This document shows positions 13,101-28,100 of a DNA stretch of 64,000 bases, one piece after another (within the stretch, counting starts at the first letter, position 1; every line of letters starts with the position of its first letter). The position numbers and the translations under genes were made by a program. A model generated the notes under the pieces. It was not told where the DNA came from. It made no database searches and worked only from the letters and a program-made list of their open reading frames with translations. The stretch is from positions 1,674,001-1,738,000 of the forward strand of contig CDPCPM010000281.1 of assembly GCA_976551045.1 (NCBI GenBank), given 5' to 3'. Source of the stretch: Glaucostegus cemiculus. Lineage: Eukaryota.

Positions 13101-16100
13101 ACTCCTCAAATGGAAGTGAGTGAAATTACCTGGGGGAAAACAAAAAAGATTCAAGGACGTGCTCAAAGCCACTTCGAAGAAATGCAAAATCCCCACCACA
13201 TCCCCACCAACTCCTGTGAATCTCTGATCCATGACCAAAGTGGGGAAGAAGAATTTGTGATGGTATTAAGAATCTCAAGGTGACAATGGGTAGCATACAG
13301 AGGCCCTGTGTAAACACCAGAAAGAATAGACTACCTCAGAAACTAATGTCGGCCATTACTAGCCCCATTTATAGGAGTATTTGTGATTTTCAAATTGGCC
13401 TCATTAGCTAACTCCAAGCCCACAAAACCAAAGTAGAAGTAATTTATCTTTGATCCCAAGGGACTGCCTGCAAAGATTGTGTTTATTGCATTTTTTTTAA
13501 TTGAGCATATTTCTTAATGTAATAATATTGAAATCTGTAGTGTCCCAGTTAAAGTTCTTTCCAGCATCACCATCCACAGAAGGAAGCCATTTGATGCATC
13601 ATATCTGTGCCACTCTTTGGAAAAGCTATCCAGTTTGCCACAGTCCCTGTTCTTTCCACACAGCCTCACAATTATTTTCTTTTCAATGACGTATCCAATT
13701 CTTTTTAAAATATTGAGTCTGTTTCCAGCACAGCTCACTGTAAAACAATAATTACTTATTGTTAATCGTGTTGTTTTTGTTTTGCCAGTATCTTCTGGTT
13801 ACTGATATTCCTTCTGGTGAAAACCTTACTTTATTGAAATAGTTCATTATTTTGAATGTCTTAAAGGAATGAAGAAAGTTGGGGGGATGGTAGTGAGATT
13901 TAGGGAAAAGAATTCAGAACTTAGGGCTTTTGAAGGTTCTACACAAGCACTTCTATATCTGGTTGCCCAAAATATCTGTCCTCAGTTTCCATCTATTTCT
14001 CATCTATTTTGGTGCTTCTCAGCCACACCATCCACAAAGACCTCATATGGTTCCATAAGTATACTGATGACCTCCAGCTGTACCTCGCCATCACCACTGG
14101 TAATTTTCTACTGCCTTTAACATCTGAATATTTGAATATATTCCTTGATACCTTCCTTTGCTCAGTCCTCACTAAGTTCATTCTTTAAAACACTACACTC
14201 CAAATCCTAACTCATGCTGTATTATTTGCCCATCACCTCTGCACTTGCCTACGGTGGTTTTCAGTCCAGCAACATCAGCATTTAAAAAAATTCCCATCTT
14301 CACATTCCTATCCCTCTGTGACCTCGCCCATTCCCATCTCTTGTTTCCTCTGTTTCTCTGCAAGCCTCCAATTTTGGTGTCTTGGACAATCTAGATTTTA
14401 GTTGCTGTACTTTTGATCTCCATGCTTCAGCTACCAAGGCTTAAGTTGGAACTCTCTCCTTGAGCCTCTCCATCTTTCCACCCAATTCCCTTTCTCTCCT
14501 TTGTGATGCTCCTTAAAATTTAGCTGTTTGACCAAACTTTTGATAACATGCCCTACAAGCACTTGCCTACCTTGATGACAAACGTGGCTTGAAAATGAAC
14601 TGGTGTATTGAGACATTTTGCTACCTTAAGGATACTAAATAAATACATGCTGTTAATGCTGCTTCTTTTAGGCCTGAACATTTAAATGTTCATCTGCATG
14701 GATTTACTTGTCAAACTAGCATCCTCATGGTGACCTATTTTGTGACACAGAAATATTACAAATCAAAACATGTTTTCTTTATCTGTTTTACACCAGGATG
14801 CAATCATTCATGACATTTCACATCTTTCATACTCCCTTCAGAAATTCAATCAACAGCTAATATAGCTCAAAGCAAAATACAAGTTGAACTTTTATAAGCC
14901 ACTGGCTGAATCAATCCTGTGTTTTCATACTTGTCAACAAAAATTTCCTTGACTTATACAAGTAATTATTTGGAGTTAAGTACCATATTTTAAATTTCAC
15001 AGATTTCATTCATTTTAGTCTGTGATTATGGTGTCTCCTGGATTATCCGCTACATCTTAGTCAAACAACTAATTCACAGCTACTGTTTTAAATGTGACTG
15101 GTTAATTGTTGATTTTTGTTTCTTTTTACATTGACCACTAGGATAAAGATTCTGAGATTATCACTGTAACTCAGAGGGCAGAGAGATTGGATGCAGAACT
15201 GCAGGATCTATCTTCTCAAGAATCTAAGGACGAGGCTTCACTTGCTAAAGTGAAGAAGCAGGTTCGTGAGTTGGAGGCCAAAGTTAAAGACCAGGAGGAG
15301 GAGCTGGATGAACAAGCTGGAACAATTCAGATGCTTGAACAGGTAGAATAATTTTCTTGTACGAGCTATTTAGTATGATATGGAAAGCATAATGCTCATT
15401 AATAAGTTGTCAAATTGAGCACTTTGAAGTTGGAAGCAAAATATACTGTAATATTGAATGATGTATGAAGTCTTGATATATGAATTTGGAGCTTCCAATC
15501 TACCAATGTATCGGAAAGAGTGAAAATGCAATTGCAATTTTATAATGCAGAAATGTTGAACAATTGATAAAATGCACTGCAGTTACTCACCTAGGTTACC
15601 CATACACTCTACCTTCAAGAAGGCAAGGGCTTCAGGTGCATTGGAATGCAATCTCCAAATTGTATACCATCCTGATTTGGAAATATGTTGCTGTTCTTTG
15701 ATTTTCGCTGTGTCTAAGTCCTGGAATTTCCTACCCAACAGCATTGAGGGAAGGAATGCACCAGGAGAACAGCAACAATTTGTAACAGTAACTCAGCACC
15801 ACCAATTCAAACTCAGTTAGATATGGGCAATAAACACTGGTCTTGCCAGCAGCATCCAGATACTTAAAAAAAAGTAATTGTTAAAATAGTTTTTGATGCC
15901 CATAACATTTTCCATCTTTTCCTTCTGTTTTATCTCCTTTCAATAATTATACTTTTATTTAAAAATTGCCTTCCTCTTTTAGTTATCTTTTTGATCATAA
16001 TGATACACATCTTGTATTAGGAGAATTTTGGTATGTGAAGTGCACTCCATAAGAGTATTATTTTCGTTCTGCAATTTGTCAGCCATTTAAAAAACTCTTA

Positions 16101-19100
16101 AGTTAGCATTTCCAATGAGTGACGCAGAAGTGAATGCTGTGACCTTGACAGTGCTGGATCTATTCATTTGAACTTATGACTTTCTCATTAACCCTCACAT
16201 TCTTCCAAGCCACTTTAACAATTTCCATGTCAGTCAGCAATTCAGATGTTCCTATATCTGATTATTATCCATTGACGTTCTGTGGAAAATGTGGGAATGT
16301 CGTAACTGTGTGAGAACAAGGTCAGGCTTGTCTGTGATGACTACAGCATTAAATCACTTTGTCTGGGATCACACTTGGTCAGGGTACTGGGTACCGAACA
16401 GCCAGAGAATTAATACCATGACGAAAGGAGAAAATAGCTTCAAATAAAGCATTGTTACTTTGCACATGTCTTTAGTAATTTATTTCTATATCAGTTCAGT
16501 TCTCCCAGAGTACAATGTTTTTGCTCAAATTCAGGCCAAACTTCGGCTGGAAATGGAAATGGAGAGGTATAGACAAACTCAAGCAAAGGAAATTGAGAGC
16601 AAAGAAGAGGAAGTGGAAGAAATTAGGCAGTCTTGCCAGAAGAAGGTCAGTTTTATTTTTGTAATAGTTATTGACACATGAATATTGTCATTAAATGGGT
16701 AACATTTCAAAATCTAGCTTTAGGCATGCTCATAGCTGTTGCATTACATACATTTGATTTTTTAAAATTGTATTTGGCTTGTGTGACATGAACATATGAG
16801 AAGTTAAAATTAAGATGAGCATTTGCAGCAATCAGGTTTTTCATTTAAAATCTGCGCTAATAAAATAAATAAGAATAAATATATTCTTCTGTACAAGGAA
16901 ATTTATTACAACTATTAAAAAAAGGCATAATTATTTCTTGGCAGCTAAGATGAAAATCCTTTCACATTATTACATTCTTCAAAGCCACCTTAGTTAATCT
17001 GAATCTTAAGATCAAACTTTCTTTCTGAATATAAGATAATTTATGATTAGGTATTTATACATATAGTATAAAAGATCAATACTTTGCATGTGTGGAGCTG
17101 GACAGCTGCCATATAAGCAGTCCTTGTTTGTCATTTTATTGTACACATTACAAATGATTTGATGCAAGGATGTAAATTGATAAATTGGAGACTGCAAAAT
17201 AGGAGCAAGAGAAAAATGACCTTTTGTGTGTTGCCAATGTGACTGTGCCATCCTGTTTATTGAATAGCACACTTTGTCACTTTCTGATGGGATTTTATGC
17301 CAGTGATTGTCTAGAGTTTATAATCTTCTGTAAACTGATCGAACAATATTAGCCAATATTGTTCTGCAACATAAGGTAACTCACTTTCTCTTTTTCGGTC
17401 AGACTGACCAGTTCTGCTGTTGGTCATCTATCTGTAATATTTTCTCATTTTTCTTCTCTTCATTAGCACCACTTGACCTGTTGTGCAATTCCTACAGCTC
17501 TGCATTTCACATTTTTAATGTTACCTTGTGCACTACCTTGGTATTAAGGAAATTGAAGTATTTGGGGTGAATATGGAAAGACCATAACACAAATGGAAAC
17601 AGGAATAACCATTTTGGCTCCTCACACCTGGTTTGCTATTCAGTAAGATCATGCTGAATTTTCACCTTGGCACCACATTTCCACCACTAACCCCATATCC
17701 TTTGAAATAACTGCAGAGCTGAAAGATCAGCCCTGATCTTATTCAATAGTTGAGCAGGCACAAGGGTCCAAATCCCTATTCCACCTGCTATTTCTTATGT
17801 TCAGGTCTTAGATTATTCCAAAACTCTCCTGGCCAGCCTCTCATCTTCTGTCCAATGTAAACCTATGCTCTTCCAAACCTCCACAGTTTTTATACTGGCT
17901 CAAAGTATACTTACTCATTTTAGCATGGTTGCCACAACTAACACACCTCAATTTAAAATCCATCCTTGCCTACCTGGTTCCCTGCCTACTCTGGCACATT
18001 TTTTTTCAGATTTCACATTTTTTTCCCTACATGGGATGACAAAGGATATATGGCAGAGAAACATGCCATTTGACACAATTAGTCCATGCCAACATTTATG
18101 CTCAATTTAAGATTTTGCTGTCTTTTCTCAGAAGCCTCCCTCACTTGGTTTGCCATGTAATTTAAGACCAGAATATAAAATAATATAAAATAACGAAGCT
18201 CTTTGTGAATTCCCGATTGGTATCTTATATTGATGTCCTCAAGTAATACTCTTTCCTAGAAATGGTAACATGCTCTCTCTATCCACTCTATCAAAACATT
18301 TCAAATTTTGAAGACCTCTACAAGGTCATTTCTCAACCTTCTCTCCAGATAAAAGATACCTGGTCTGTTTGTGTCTTTACAATCAGATCAACAGTGATCT
18401 CATTAAATGGTAGAGCAGGCTTGAGGGACCAAGTGACCTGTTCCTGCTCCTGTTTGATACGTTCATATACTTTCCTGAGATATTTTGCCTTCCATTTCTA
18501 ATACTCTTGTAAGTCTTGACTGCATGATCTCAATGGCACTTTACCATTGTTAGAATATGTGACCAGAACTGTGACGTTGATTCGTTTGGACCTCTCATTC
18601 TAGCCTCTGACTCATCTGTTTTAAATCACTTTGTGGCTGGTCTTTAGGGTCCTCAGCTCACCCCATTGTGCTCCTTCCCTCAAAGCCTGCTTCGATGACC
18701 GTTCTTTTGATCACCCGTCTTGATGTATCTGTTGCTTGGTGTCAGTTTTTTGTTTGATAGTACTCCTGCTCAGTGCCCTGGAATATTTCACTTCTTAAGA
18801 AGCAATCTATATTTATACTATTTATACTGCACACATGCATGCCAGTTACTCAGAGAAAAAGATCTATTTCTACTTAGGGGTGGGGGGGTGATTTCCATAT
18901 TGAGAAGCTGGAAACCCTAATTTTCACCACAAAGACACCCACACTGCCCCTACTCCTAATTGAAAACAGTGCCCCTCAACCAATTATTTGATTGGCAACC
19001 TAACTCTGACCCTTAATGAGACTTGCCTCTGATTTTCTCTGCTAACCCAACCTCCTAGACCATTCCCCAGAACTCAGCTTCAGTCACAGGAAACTCATTC

Positions 19101-22100
19101 GCTAAAGATGAACTCTTAATCTTACAATCTACCTTGCCATGACCTTTACACCTTATTTGTCTACCTGCACTGCACTTTCTTTGTAACTGTAATATGATAT
19201 TCTGCATTTTTTTCTTTTGTATTATCTTGATATGAATGGAATGATCTGTCCAGATGGCATGCAAACAAAAGCTTCTTACTGTATCTCAGTACATGTGACA
19301 GCAATAAAACAATTACCAATAACCATTTTCAATGTTGACCTTTGGTGCAACTGAAATTTGTAACATTAACCCACAACTAAACCAGTTGGCATTCCGTTGA
19401 GCATACCTCCAACTTGCACTGGAATTTCTGGACACATCCGACGAGCTTAATTAGCTGCAAATTGCTTTGAGAACTTTGAGTTTAAGGAAGACACTATAAA
19501 AAATACAAATCTTTAAAGAGATTTGCAATTAAATATGACAGGGCATTTGGTCTCTACCATTCTTCCTTATTCCCTAATCTCACAGGAATACACCCCATCA
19601 CCCCATACAAATAGGGTAGCCCTGCTAAAAATTGTGCCGTATTATTCTTGGAAGCAATGCTGAGTAGATTCTTGAAAATCTTGCCTCCCTTTGACTGTAA
19701 ACATTTTCTTTATTCCAGTTAATCTTGAGATTGTTAAAATTGATTCTTCTTTAACCGAGTGTAATTAATATGATTTAAGGTAAGGTAATATTACCTAAGG
19801 TATATTCATAAGGTAATATTTTTTGTAAGGGGCACTGCATAACTTCTAGAGGGTAAGTGGAGGGCAATTAACAGATAAATCTGAATCTCTGTTTAGCATT
19901 ACTTAGGCTTTTGTGATTGCTACATGAGTGATTTATAAATAAATATAAATACATTTATATTGAAAGATGTATTACTAAATTTGTGTTCTCACATCTTTTC
20001 ATTTTTATTTTCTCAGTTAAAACAATTTGAGCTGCAATTAGAAGAAGAGTATGATGATAAACAGAAAATTTTGAGAGAGAAAAGAGATCTGGAGAACAAA
20101 CTTTCTGTAGTCAGTGAAAAGGTAACATTAAATCCTACATGAAGAATTGAGTAACTGTTCGATTTTGATGTGACATACAAGATTTTGAGATTTAGTTGGA
20201 TTATAAAAATGAGATCCACTAAAGCTTAAAATCAATAATGTTGAGCATTTTGTTTACTCATGGAGTGCAGAAACATGACAATGACCATTTTGAGTCAGAG
20301 GGCCAGTTTTTTTTCCTGTGCATTCTATGTAATTCATTTTAAAAACATTAGTACTTTCACTGTGGCTTTTGGAAAACGATACTGCTTAGAAAATAGACTG
20401 TAAAAGTGGTGAGGTTCTGAGAAGTGCAGGAATGGAAGCCCCAGTGAGTTTCTGGGGAGTGTGGAAAACATCACTTGTGAGCCAGATGCTGAACCATTGA
20501 GATTTTCAAATAGTTAGAAAGTGGATTATTGGAATTTTACTGTACAGAGGAGATTTTTGATCTGCCCCAAGTAGAGATTGCTGATTGCTGGTCCAAACAG
20601 TATCTGAATCTACTTTGAAGGAAAGAATAGTATGGATAAACTGCAGAATATATATATATCTATATCTATATATATAGATAAAATGAGCTTCCCCAAGCAC
20701 CCATCAATGCAATAAGAAGAAAATAATGTAAGCTAGAGAACCAGGAATAGGCCACTCAAATCTGTTCTGCCATTTGTTTGGATAGTGGCTGATTTGATCT
20801 GATCAACACTTCTATGATTGTTTCCCATAACCTGTCATTCTCCTGTGGTCGAGAAGTCTATCAATTCCAGCCTTGAATATTTTTGATGGCTTAGTCTCCA
20901 CAGTTGCCAGAGATAAAGAATTCCAAAGATTCATGACCAGCTGAGAAAAGAAATTTCTCCTCATTTCCATCTTAAATAGGCAATCCCCTACTGTGAAACT
21001 GTGCCCATCAATTCTTGGTTTCCCCACAAAGGGACTATATTCTATGTATAAGATCACCTAATAAACTCCATTGAATACAGACCCAAACTGTTCAATTGTT
21101 CCTAATTAGATAGCTTCATCACCCAGGAATGGACCTAGTGTAGCTTGCCTGAAGTGCTTCCACTGAAAGTAAATTCCTCTTTAAATAAGGAGACCAAAAC
21201 AGTAAGCAGTACTCCAGATGTGGTCTTACCAATACCCTGCATAGTTGTAAGACTTCCTAACTTATGTACTACATTGCCCTTGCAAGAGGAGCAGGTCTGA
21301 ACGACCTTGGTTGGAAAGTAGATCCGGGGAAAGGGAGAGTTCCTTCTGCATTGAAAGACTGGAATCCAGTGTGACAATAGCCTCGTTTCATTTTTTTTAA
21401 AGAGTCCAAAACACCTTTTTACACAAATCCAAGAAAAAAAACTATAATTTATCTACTGAGTCTTTTATTGTTGCTGGGCAGTTTCCACTGTAAAATATGT
21501 TTATACTATAAAATATGTAATTTTTGAGAAAAGTTTATTACTGGTAAAACTATGAATAGAATATTGAAATTACTATAAAATTGTATTGGTTAGACTTGCA
21601 ATTTTAGTGCAATGCAAGAAGTTTGAACCTTAAGGTATTACTGGCTTTTTTAAAATTAGGTCAGTGAAAGAGATTTTGAAACTGAGAAAAGGCTACGCAA
21701 GGACCTTCGGCGTACAAAAGCTCTTCTGGCTGATGCCCAAATAATGCTGGACCACTTCAAAAATAATGCACCCAGCAAAAGAGAAATTGCGCAGTTGAAA
21801 AATCAGGTAATCCTTTCTAGTCTTGTTCATTATATAATTGACAGTTTCTGAAAGTGACCAAGTATTATTAATCAAATTACTCTGATGTCAAAGTTTAGAT
21901 ACTTGAGAAAAATACATTTAAAAATTCAATAGAATTAAAAAAATATATATATGTCCACTACTCTCCAACTGTACATATCCCAGCAGACTAAAGGAGCCTA
22001 AGAGAACAATAAAACACTAATCATAATTTTCACAAATCTTAGATACAGGAATTGACCAAAAAAATTTGAAGGGAATAAATATTACCATCCTATTCAAGGA

Positions 22101-25100
22101 AGAATACAAGCAGCCTAATATCTTATCATCTGTCTGAAATCTACCAATTGTGAGTAGGTCAGTTAGCCTTGATTGTGTGTAAATTCTGAGATTCCACCAT
22201 CTCCATCCCAAGTCTGATAGAAGACCATCTTTTTTTCATAATTTAGGAATCCATAGGTAGCTGTCAGCTAGATTCAATCTAATATCTTCCCAAACTCTGC
22301 AATGTAGAGTCCATTGATTTTATAATATAGCTACAGCTGCTTTAGATGTGCAAGACGAAACAATTAAGATGGCATCCCTCCATTTTATTTCTTCACTGCT
22401 TGAAAATGCTCAGTCAGTGCTTTCAATGAGCTACTCGGCGAAACTTCCAGACTTCATGTTCTGTTCAAAAGCACGTTGACACTTAAATCATAATTCACAT
22501 TTTCACTAGTAGCTAGTTTCACTGATTTACCTAATTCTACTGAATCCTATCTCCTTGTTTATTGGCTTAACCTTTCTTGGTCTGTCTTAGCATTTTTGAC
22601 AAAATTTGGAATATGCTGTCTTAGCTTTAGGTAATATTCTGTCCTTTTATAACTTCGGCAAGAAATTCAATAGTGGCTTAGGTTGTAGGCGATTACTGGC
22701 AACAGACTTACCTCATCATCCATCCCAAATGTACACAGCATATGTACTGGTAAATTTTACCTAAATTCAAACTTCAGGATGATTCTTGCCTTCTAAGTCT
22801 ATAAAATTCACAGAATATTCATGCTTTTTGTCTCCAACTTCAATTCTTCTGTGGTAATTAATATTTACACATTCTATCACTGCCATAAACATTGGCTCCA
22901 TTATGTTAAAATGGATAAAACGCAAATGATTAGTGAAACAGATAATTAGTATATTAAAAAAAATACAGGAAATGACCATCTGCAGCACTGGTGGAAAGAA
23001 AAACACAATCAACATTTTGTCCACTGGTCAAGTTAAATTTCTGGACAGCTGTGAAATTCATAATGTTGAAGATCATGTTTTCTTGTTAGAGGTAGTCCTT
23101 GTGCTTCTGCTCATCAGCCCAAGGCTGAATTTTGTCTAGATTTTGCCAATTAAGGCAGTGGTTTCTTTATAACCTATACAGTTGTGTTTATTTCTAGTCA
23201 TGCTCCATAAATGTCATCAGTGCAATAAATCAAATTTAAAAAGGAGTCGAAGTCAACAGAAAATGCGACTTTTACATTTACCGGTTCCTTTACCAAGTTT
23301 AAACCTGCACTAAATAGCAAATGTCTTGAGAAATTTTGATGAATGTTAGTGATTTTTTAATACATTTTAAAGTTCCATTCAGTTTTTTGCACAGCCTAAT
23401 TATTTTTACAATGAATGCCGTCATGTAAAATGTACCTATGTTTGTCCAATTAAGCAAAAAATGCTTGTATCTGTACTAATTGCAAATACTGTTGCAAGTT
23501 TCTTTCATTCTGCAATCCATATATTCAGATTTGTTTCAGTATTCATTTTAGAAAGTAGACCATGAAAAAATTTAATTCTGTTTTGCATTTTGCAGAATAT
23601 TGTCTTACAACTCTGCAGATATCGGTGCTCTATGAACAAATTTATTGAATTAATCAATGTTCTCTCAAAGTTGATATTATAAAAATTAAACTGCCCACTG
23701 TTGTAAGAGAAACTTTCTGCTGGAAAAGCAATATGCAGTAGTGGCTCTGCCTTGTGCTCTGCTTCTGAAATTCAGTTCGGTTCTATATGGAATTGACTTT
23801 CAGATGCAAATTATGCTGCCATTAATGTGTTTGGTGTTACCAACCAAGGATGAATTTTTAGCCAAAGCATTGGTATCTTTTCGCTGCCACATTCATTCAA
23901 AGCAGTTGAGGAAAGTCTGTGCTTTCAAAAGATGGGAACATAATTAAGGTCCTCTGAGAATATCTCCTTTATTAGAGCATGCCATTCTTAAAACAAAAAA
24001 AGTAAAATTGATGATGGGCTAATAATTGCCTTGTTGTGGAATATTAATTATAAGTAGAGAGGCTACTGACTGGTCATATTGAGGTCTGATTGGGTGTAGA
24101 ATTGGAGAGACCCAGTGAGTCCAGGCTTTATGGCTGAAACACTGCATGGAATCCAGTGATACAATATATCAATAGTTGTGGTACATCACCCAGTAAATTG
24201 GTTTGTGCAACTTAAACACTTCTATCCAAATGGCTAAATGCTGGTAGTTCCTTTTGTCTGATGGTGTATGGAAATGTTCTTGCTTGCATTACAACCACAA
24301 CATCCAGAATTCCAATGTACTTTGTTGCTATTAAAGGGATTGCTAATTTCTTAATGGGTAATTTTTTTCTTCTTATGGCTAATAAAATATGTTTGTGTTT
24401 TAAAAGCAGAAAAAAAGCTATACAGGGCAAGGGTAGTGGCTTTCCTTTGCAAGTATTTGGCAAAGGGAGGAATGGCATTCATCTAATAGAATAATCTTCA
24501 GGAAAGGTGGCATTTTTTTATGATGTATTTTGGATTGTGAGTAAATTTATGCAAAGAAATTTCATGAAATAGTTTCTACCAACTTTCCTTTTTCTAGTTT
24601 TTTTTGTTCTATATTATTACAGTTCATCTTTTTACTTAACCAGGTAAAATGTAAACTATTTGTCTGTTGTTAGCTTGAAGAATCGGAGTTCACCAGTGCA
24701 GCAGCTGTCAAAGCTCGAAAATCTATGGAAGTTGAAATGGAAGACCTGCATCTTCAGATTGAAGATATCTCCAAGGCCAAAGTTGCAGTAAGTATATTTC
24801 TTTGCAACAAAGTCAAATTGCAAAGCTTGAGATTTCCAGATAAATGAATAGAAGTTTTGGGTGCTTGGAATAATTGCATGTGCTATGATAAAACTTAAAA
24901 CGAGCATTAAAATTTGAATAAATGTGTTGCTGGTGAAATTTCACACCATTGAATGACTTTTCAATGTGGTGATATAGTGAACTGGATGTAATGGTACCAT
25001 TTAAAATTATCAGTACTAATTATTTAAGATATATGAGGGAATTGGAATATATTTTCTACATTGACATTTAGATCATAATTATGCTCTATCCTTTCTGATA

Positions 25101-28100
25101 ACCATTATCTACTGTAGAAGTAAATTTTTCTGAAGTTTCAGTCGATGTACATAGTGTTCTATTTTTAATTCTTAAAAGAATAGCGAAAGGCAATACAATA
25201 CTTTTGAAGGATAGTTACTTTAATAATGTAGGAAGGCCTGGTACCAAATTTGCATATAGCAAGCTTGCACAGGTGATAATGTGACAGATAGTATATTTTC
25301 AGTATTGTTAGCTGAGGGATAAATATTGCCCAGAAACTCCATACCCTGCTTTGAAATTCTACTGAAGGATTGTAGCACATTCACTTGAAAGGCTGTTGCT
25401 GCTAGGAGCAGAACTAGACATGCTTCAAAATGAATGTAAGCTGGTGAAGTTGCAGCACAGGACCACATGTATGCTAACAATCTCAAAACCAACACATCAA
25501 ATAAAAGTTTTACATTGCTGTCAAATCTGGTTGTGAATGGTGGGGGGCAATTAAACAGCTAAAGGGAGGAAGCGACTTCAAAGACTTCATTTTGGCAAGA
25601 CCCAGCATATTAATACAAAGCATTTGCAACAGTCTTCAGCTAGAAATGCCAAATGGATGATACATCTCAGCTTCCACTGGGATTGTCCTCTGGGGCTTCC
25701 CACTGTCGCAGAAGCCAATTTTCAGCCAAATTCAATTAACTTTAACATTTAAGAAAAAGGCATTGGAGACAGCAAAAGACATAGGACCAGAAAACAGCCC
25801 AGTTGTTTCATTAAAAACTTTCACTCCAGAACTAGCCATAGCTCTAGCCATGTTCTTCTGGTATAGTTACAACACTGCAAATATTCAATAACATGAAAGA
25901 TTGCCTAGGTATGTCCTCTTCACAAAAGAATCCAATCTGACCAGATACCATCCAAGCAGTCCACTTTCAATCATCAGGAAATTGGTGGGTGCTATTAAGT
26001 CTGCTCACCAATACTCAGCTTAGATTTCATGAGGACCACTCAGCTCAAGAAGCTTTTCTTTTTTACAGTGTTTATCCAGCTGTGGACAAAACAGCTGAAT
26101 TCCAGAGGCAAAGTGAGAGCAAGATCTTTAAATCTTCTAAATTGTTGGATGGTTCCTGCTAGTGGTAATCCAGGCTGCTGCAATCTGAGTCAGTACACCT
26201 GGATTGCTGGAACTCTTTAGCAAGTGACTCAGTCCACAGAGCCTCATATGAAACTATTTTGGATGTTTGGTCAAGACTTTACCAATGCATTATTTTGAAG
26301 CAAATTATTTTCAGGTGTAGTTTGTGCTGTTTATTCTGTGAAGCTGGATTCTGAGATCAGGATTGTGGTTGTGAATTCAGATATGACTTCCAAACTGTTG
26401 TGTTTTTTTGCAGCACTGATGTTTTCTACAGGACAACTGCTACATGGAATATTTCATCAGAATGAATTTTACTTTAGTTGTTTTGAGTGTGAGACCTTTC
26501 TTAGTAACTTTAGTGTGTAGGGGAGATCTCCTTCTCTTGCTCATGGTTTATCCTAATTGTATATTGGCTGTTGCTGTGCTAGAAATATTGGGCTTCAGAT
26601 AGGGACAGGGTTGGATTTGGTTGTCATGCACCCTCTTCCTTTGCTTGCTCCATACCCCCTGTTATCTTGCCTGCTACACAAGGAGGCACATAGTATTTGA
26701 GGATGCATACTATCATAAGAAATCACCGTGTGGAGGAGAGGATAAGTAACTGAAGATAATTATATTACCATGTTCAGGACAGCTGCTTGTTAGAAGTACA
26801 CTGATGATATTTAGTTTTCTTATCCTTGTTACCAGCAGAAAAATCAAAGTGATTCTAACTGACAGCTTGTGAAACTTAAGTTTGGAATAATAACATGAAT
26901 TTTCACATTGATATTCACTCCTTTGCATTGATCCTCTGATTGCAGGCTTGAGGGAAAAGTTGTCAAACTGTGCAATTTGTGTTTTATTTTGTTTTTCAGT
27001 TTCATCTCCATAATGAAAAAGGACAGAGATACCTGTTCCTTGTGATCTTTGAATTGTTAGATTAGTCAAGGTTTTAAGTATCAGGTTGTGTTGTGCTTGA
27101 ACTAATGAAGTTAGAGTTGGCCACTGCTGCTCAAGTTAGTATTAAGGATTATTTATATTAATTTTGTCTTTCCAATATGCCCAAACCTCAAGCTAATCAT
27201 GTTTGACAAATTATCTGTTGAAACTTGTTGAAGTTGTACCCAGCAGCATAGATAAGGATGAAACCCACTGATGTAATGTCTTTAGTTATTCAAGTCTTTT
27301 GTTAACATGCAACACAAGTGATTATTAAACAAAATTAGAGTATATGGTATTGGGGGTAATGTGGATTGAGAATTATTTACAAACAGAACCTGGAGAGTAA
27401 TGATAAACAGGTTGTGTTTTGGTTGGGATGCTAGTTGGTGGAATGCAGAGATTGGAGCTGGAACTCCAGCTGTTCACTATTGATATCAAAGATTTGGATG
27501 AAGAGCTGAAGTGTAATAAATCCTAGTTTGCTATTAATACAAATTTGGGTAGCAGTCTGGGCTGTGAAAGGACTACAGTGAGGCTTTGGGGAATGTAGAC
27601 AAGGTAAGTGAATGGATGAGGAAATGAGTGATAGAAAAAATGAGGTCATCCAGCTTGGTAAAAAAAAATAGAAAAACAGTATTTTTAAAATGGTAAGAGG
27701 TTGAAAGGTATGGTGATCTGAGGGGCCTGGGTATATGAATACAAATTGTTGGAAGTTAACATGTAGATACAACACATCATTGGAATGCCAGGTGGTTTCT
27801 TGGCTTTTATTACCAGAGGATTTGAGTGCAGGAGCAGAGATGCCTTTGCTTCAGGTTTATAGGGCCCTGGTGACATTGTATCGGGCAAATTGCGCATAGA
27901 CCTGGTCTCCCAAAATAAGAAAGCATGTAACTGTGATAGGAGTGCAGCAAAGGTTCCCAGTTTGATTCCTGGGATGACAGGCTTGTCATGATGAGCAGTT
28001 ATTCTGTAAAGTTTAGAAGAATGAGAAGTGATTTCATTAAAAAGTTCAAAATTCTTAGTGTTTGACAGGGATGATATTTCTCCTGATTGAGTGGCTAGAA

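Noticed and set aside
19777-19822. 14-bp palindrome AGGTAATATTACCT within AAGGTA repeats
   Set aside because: Short, AT-rich, low-complexity slippage product.
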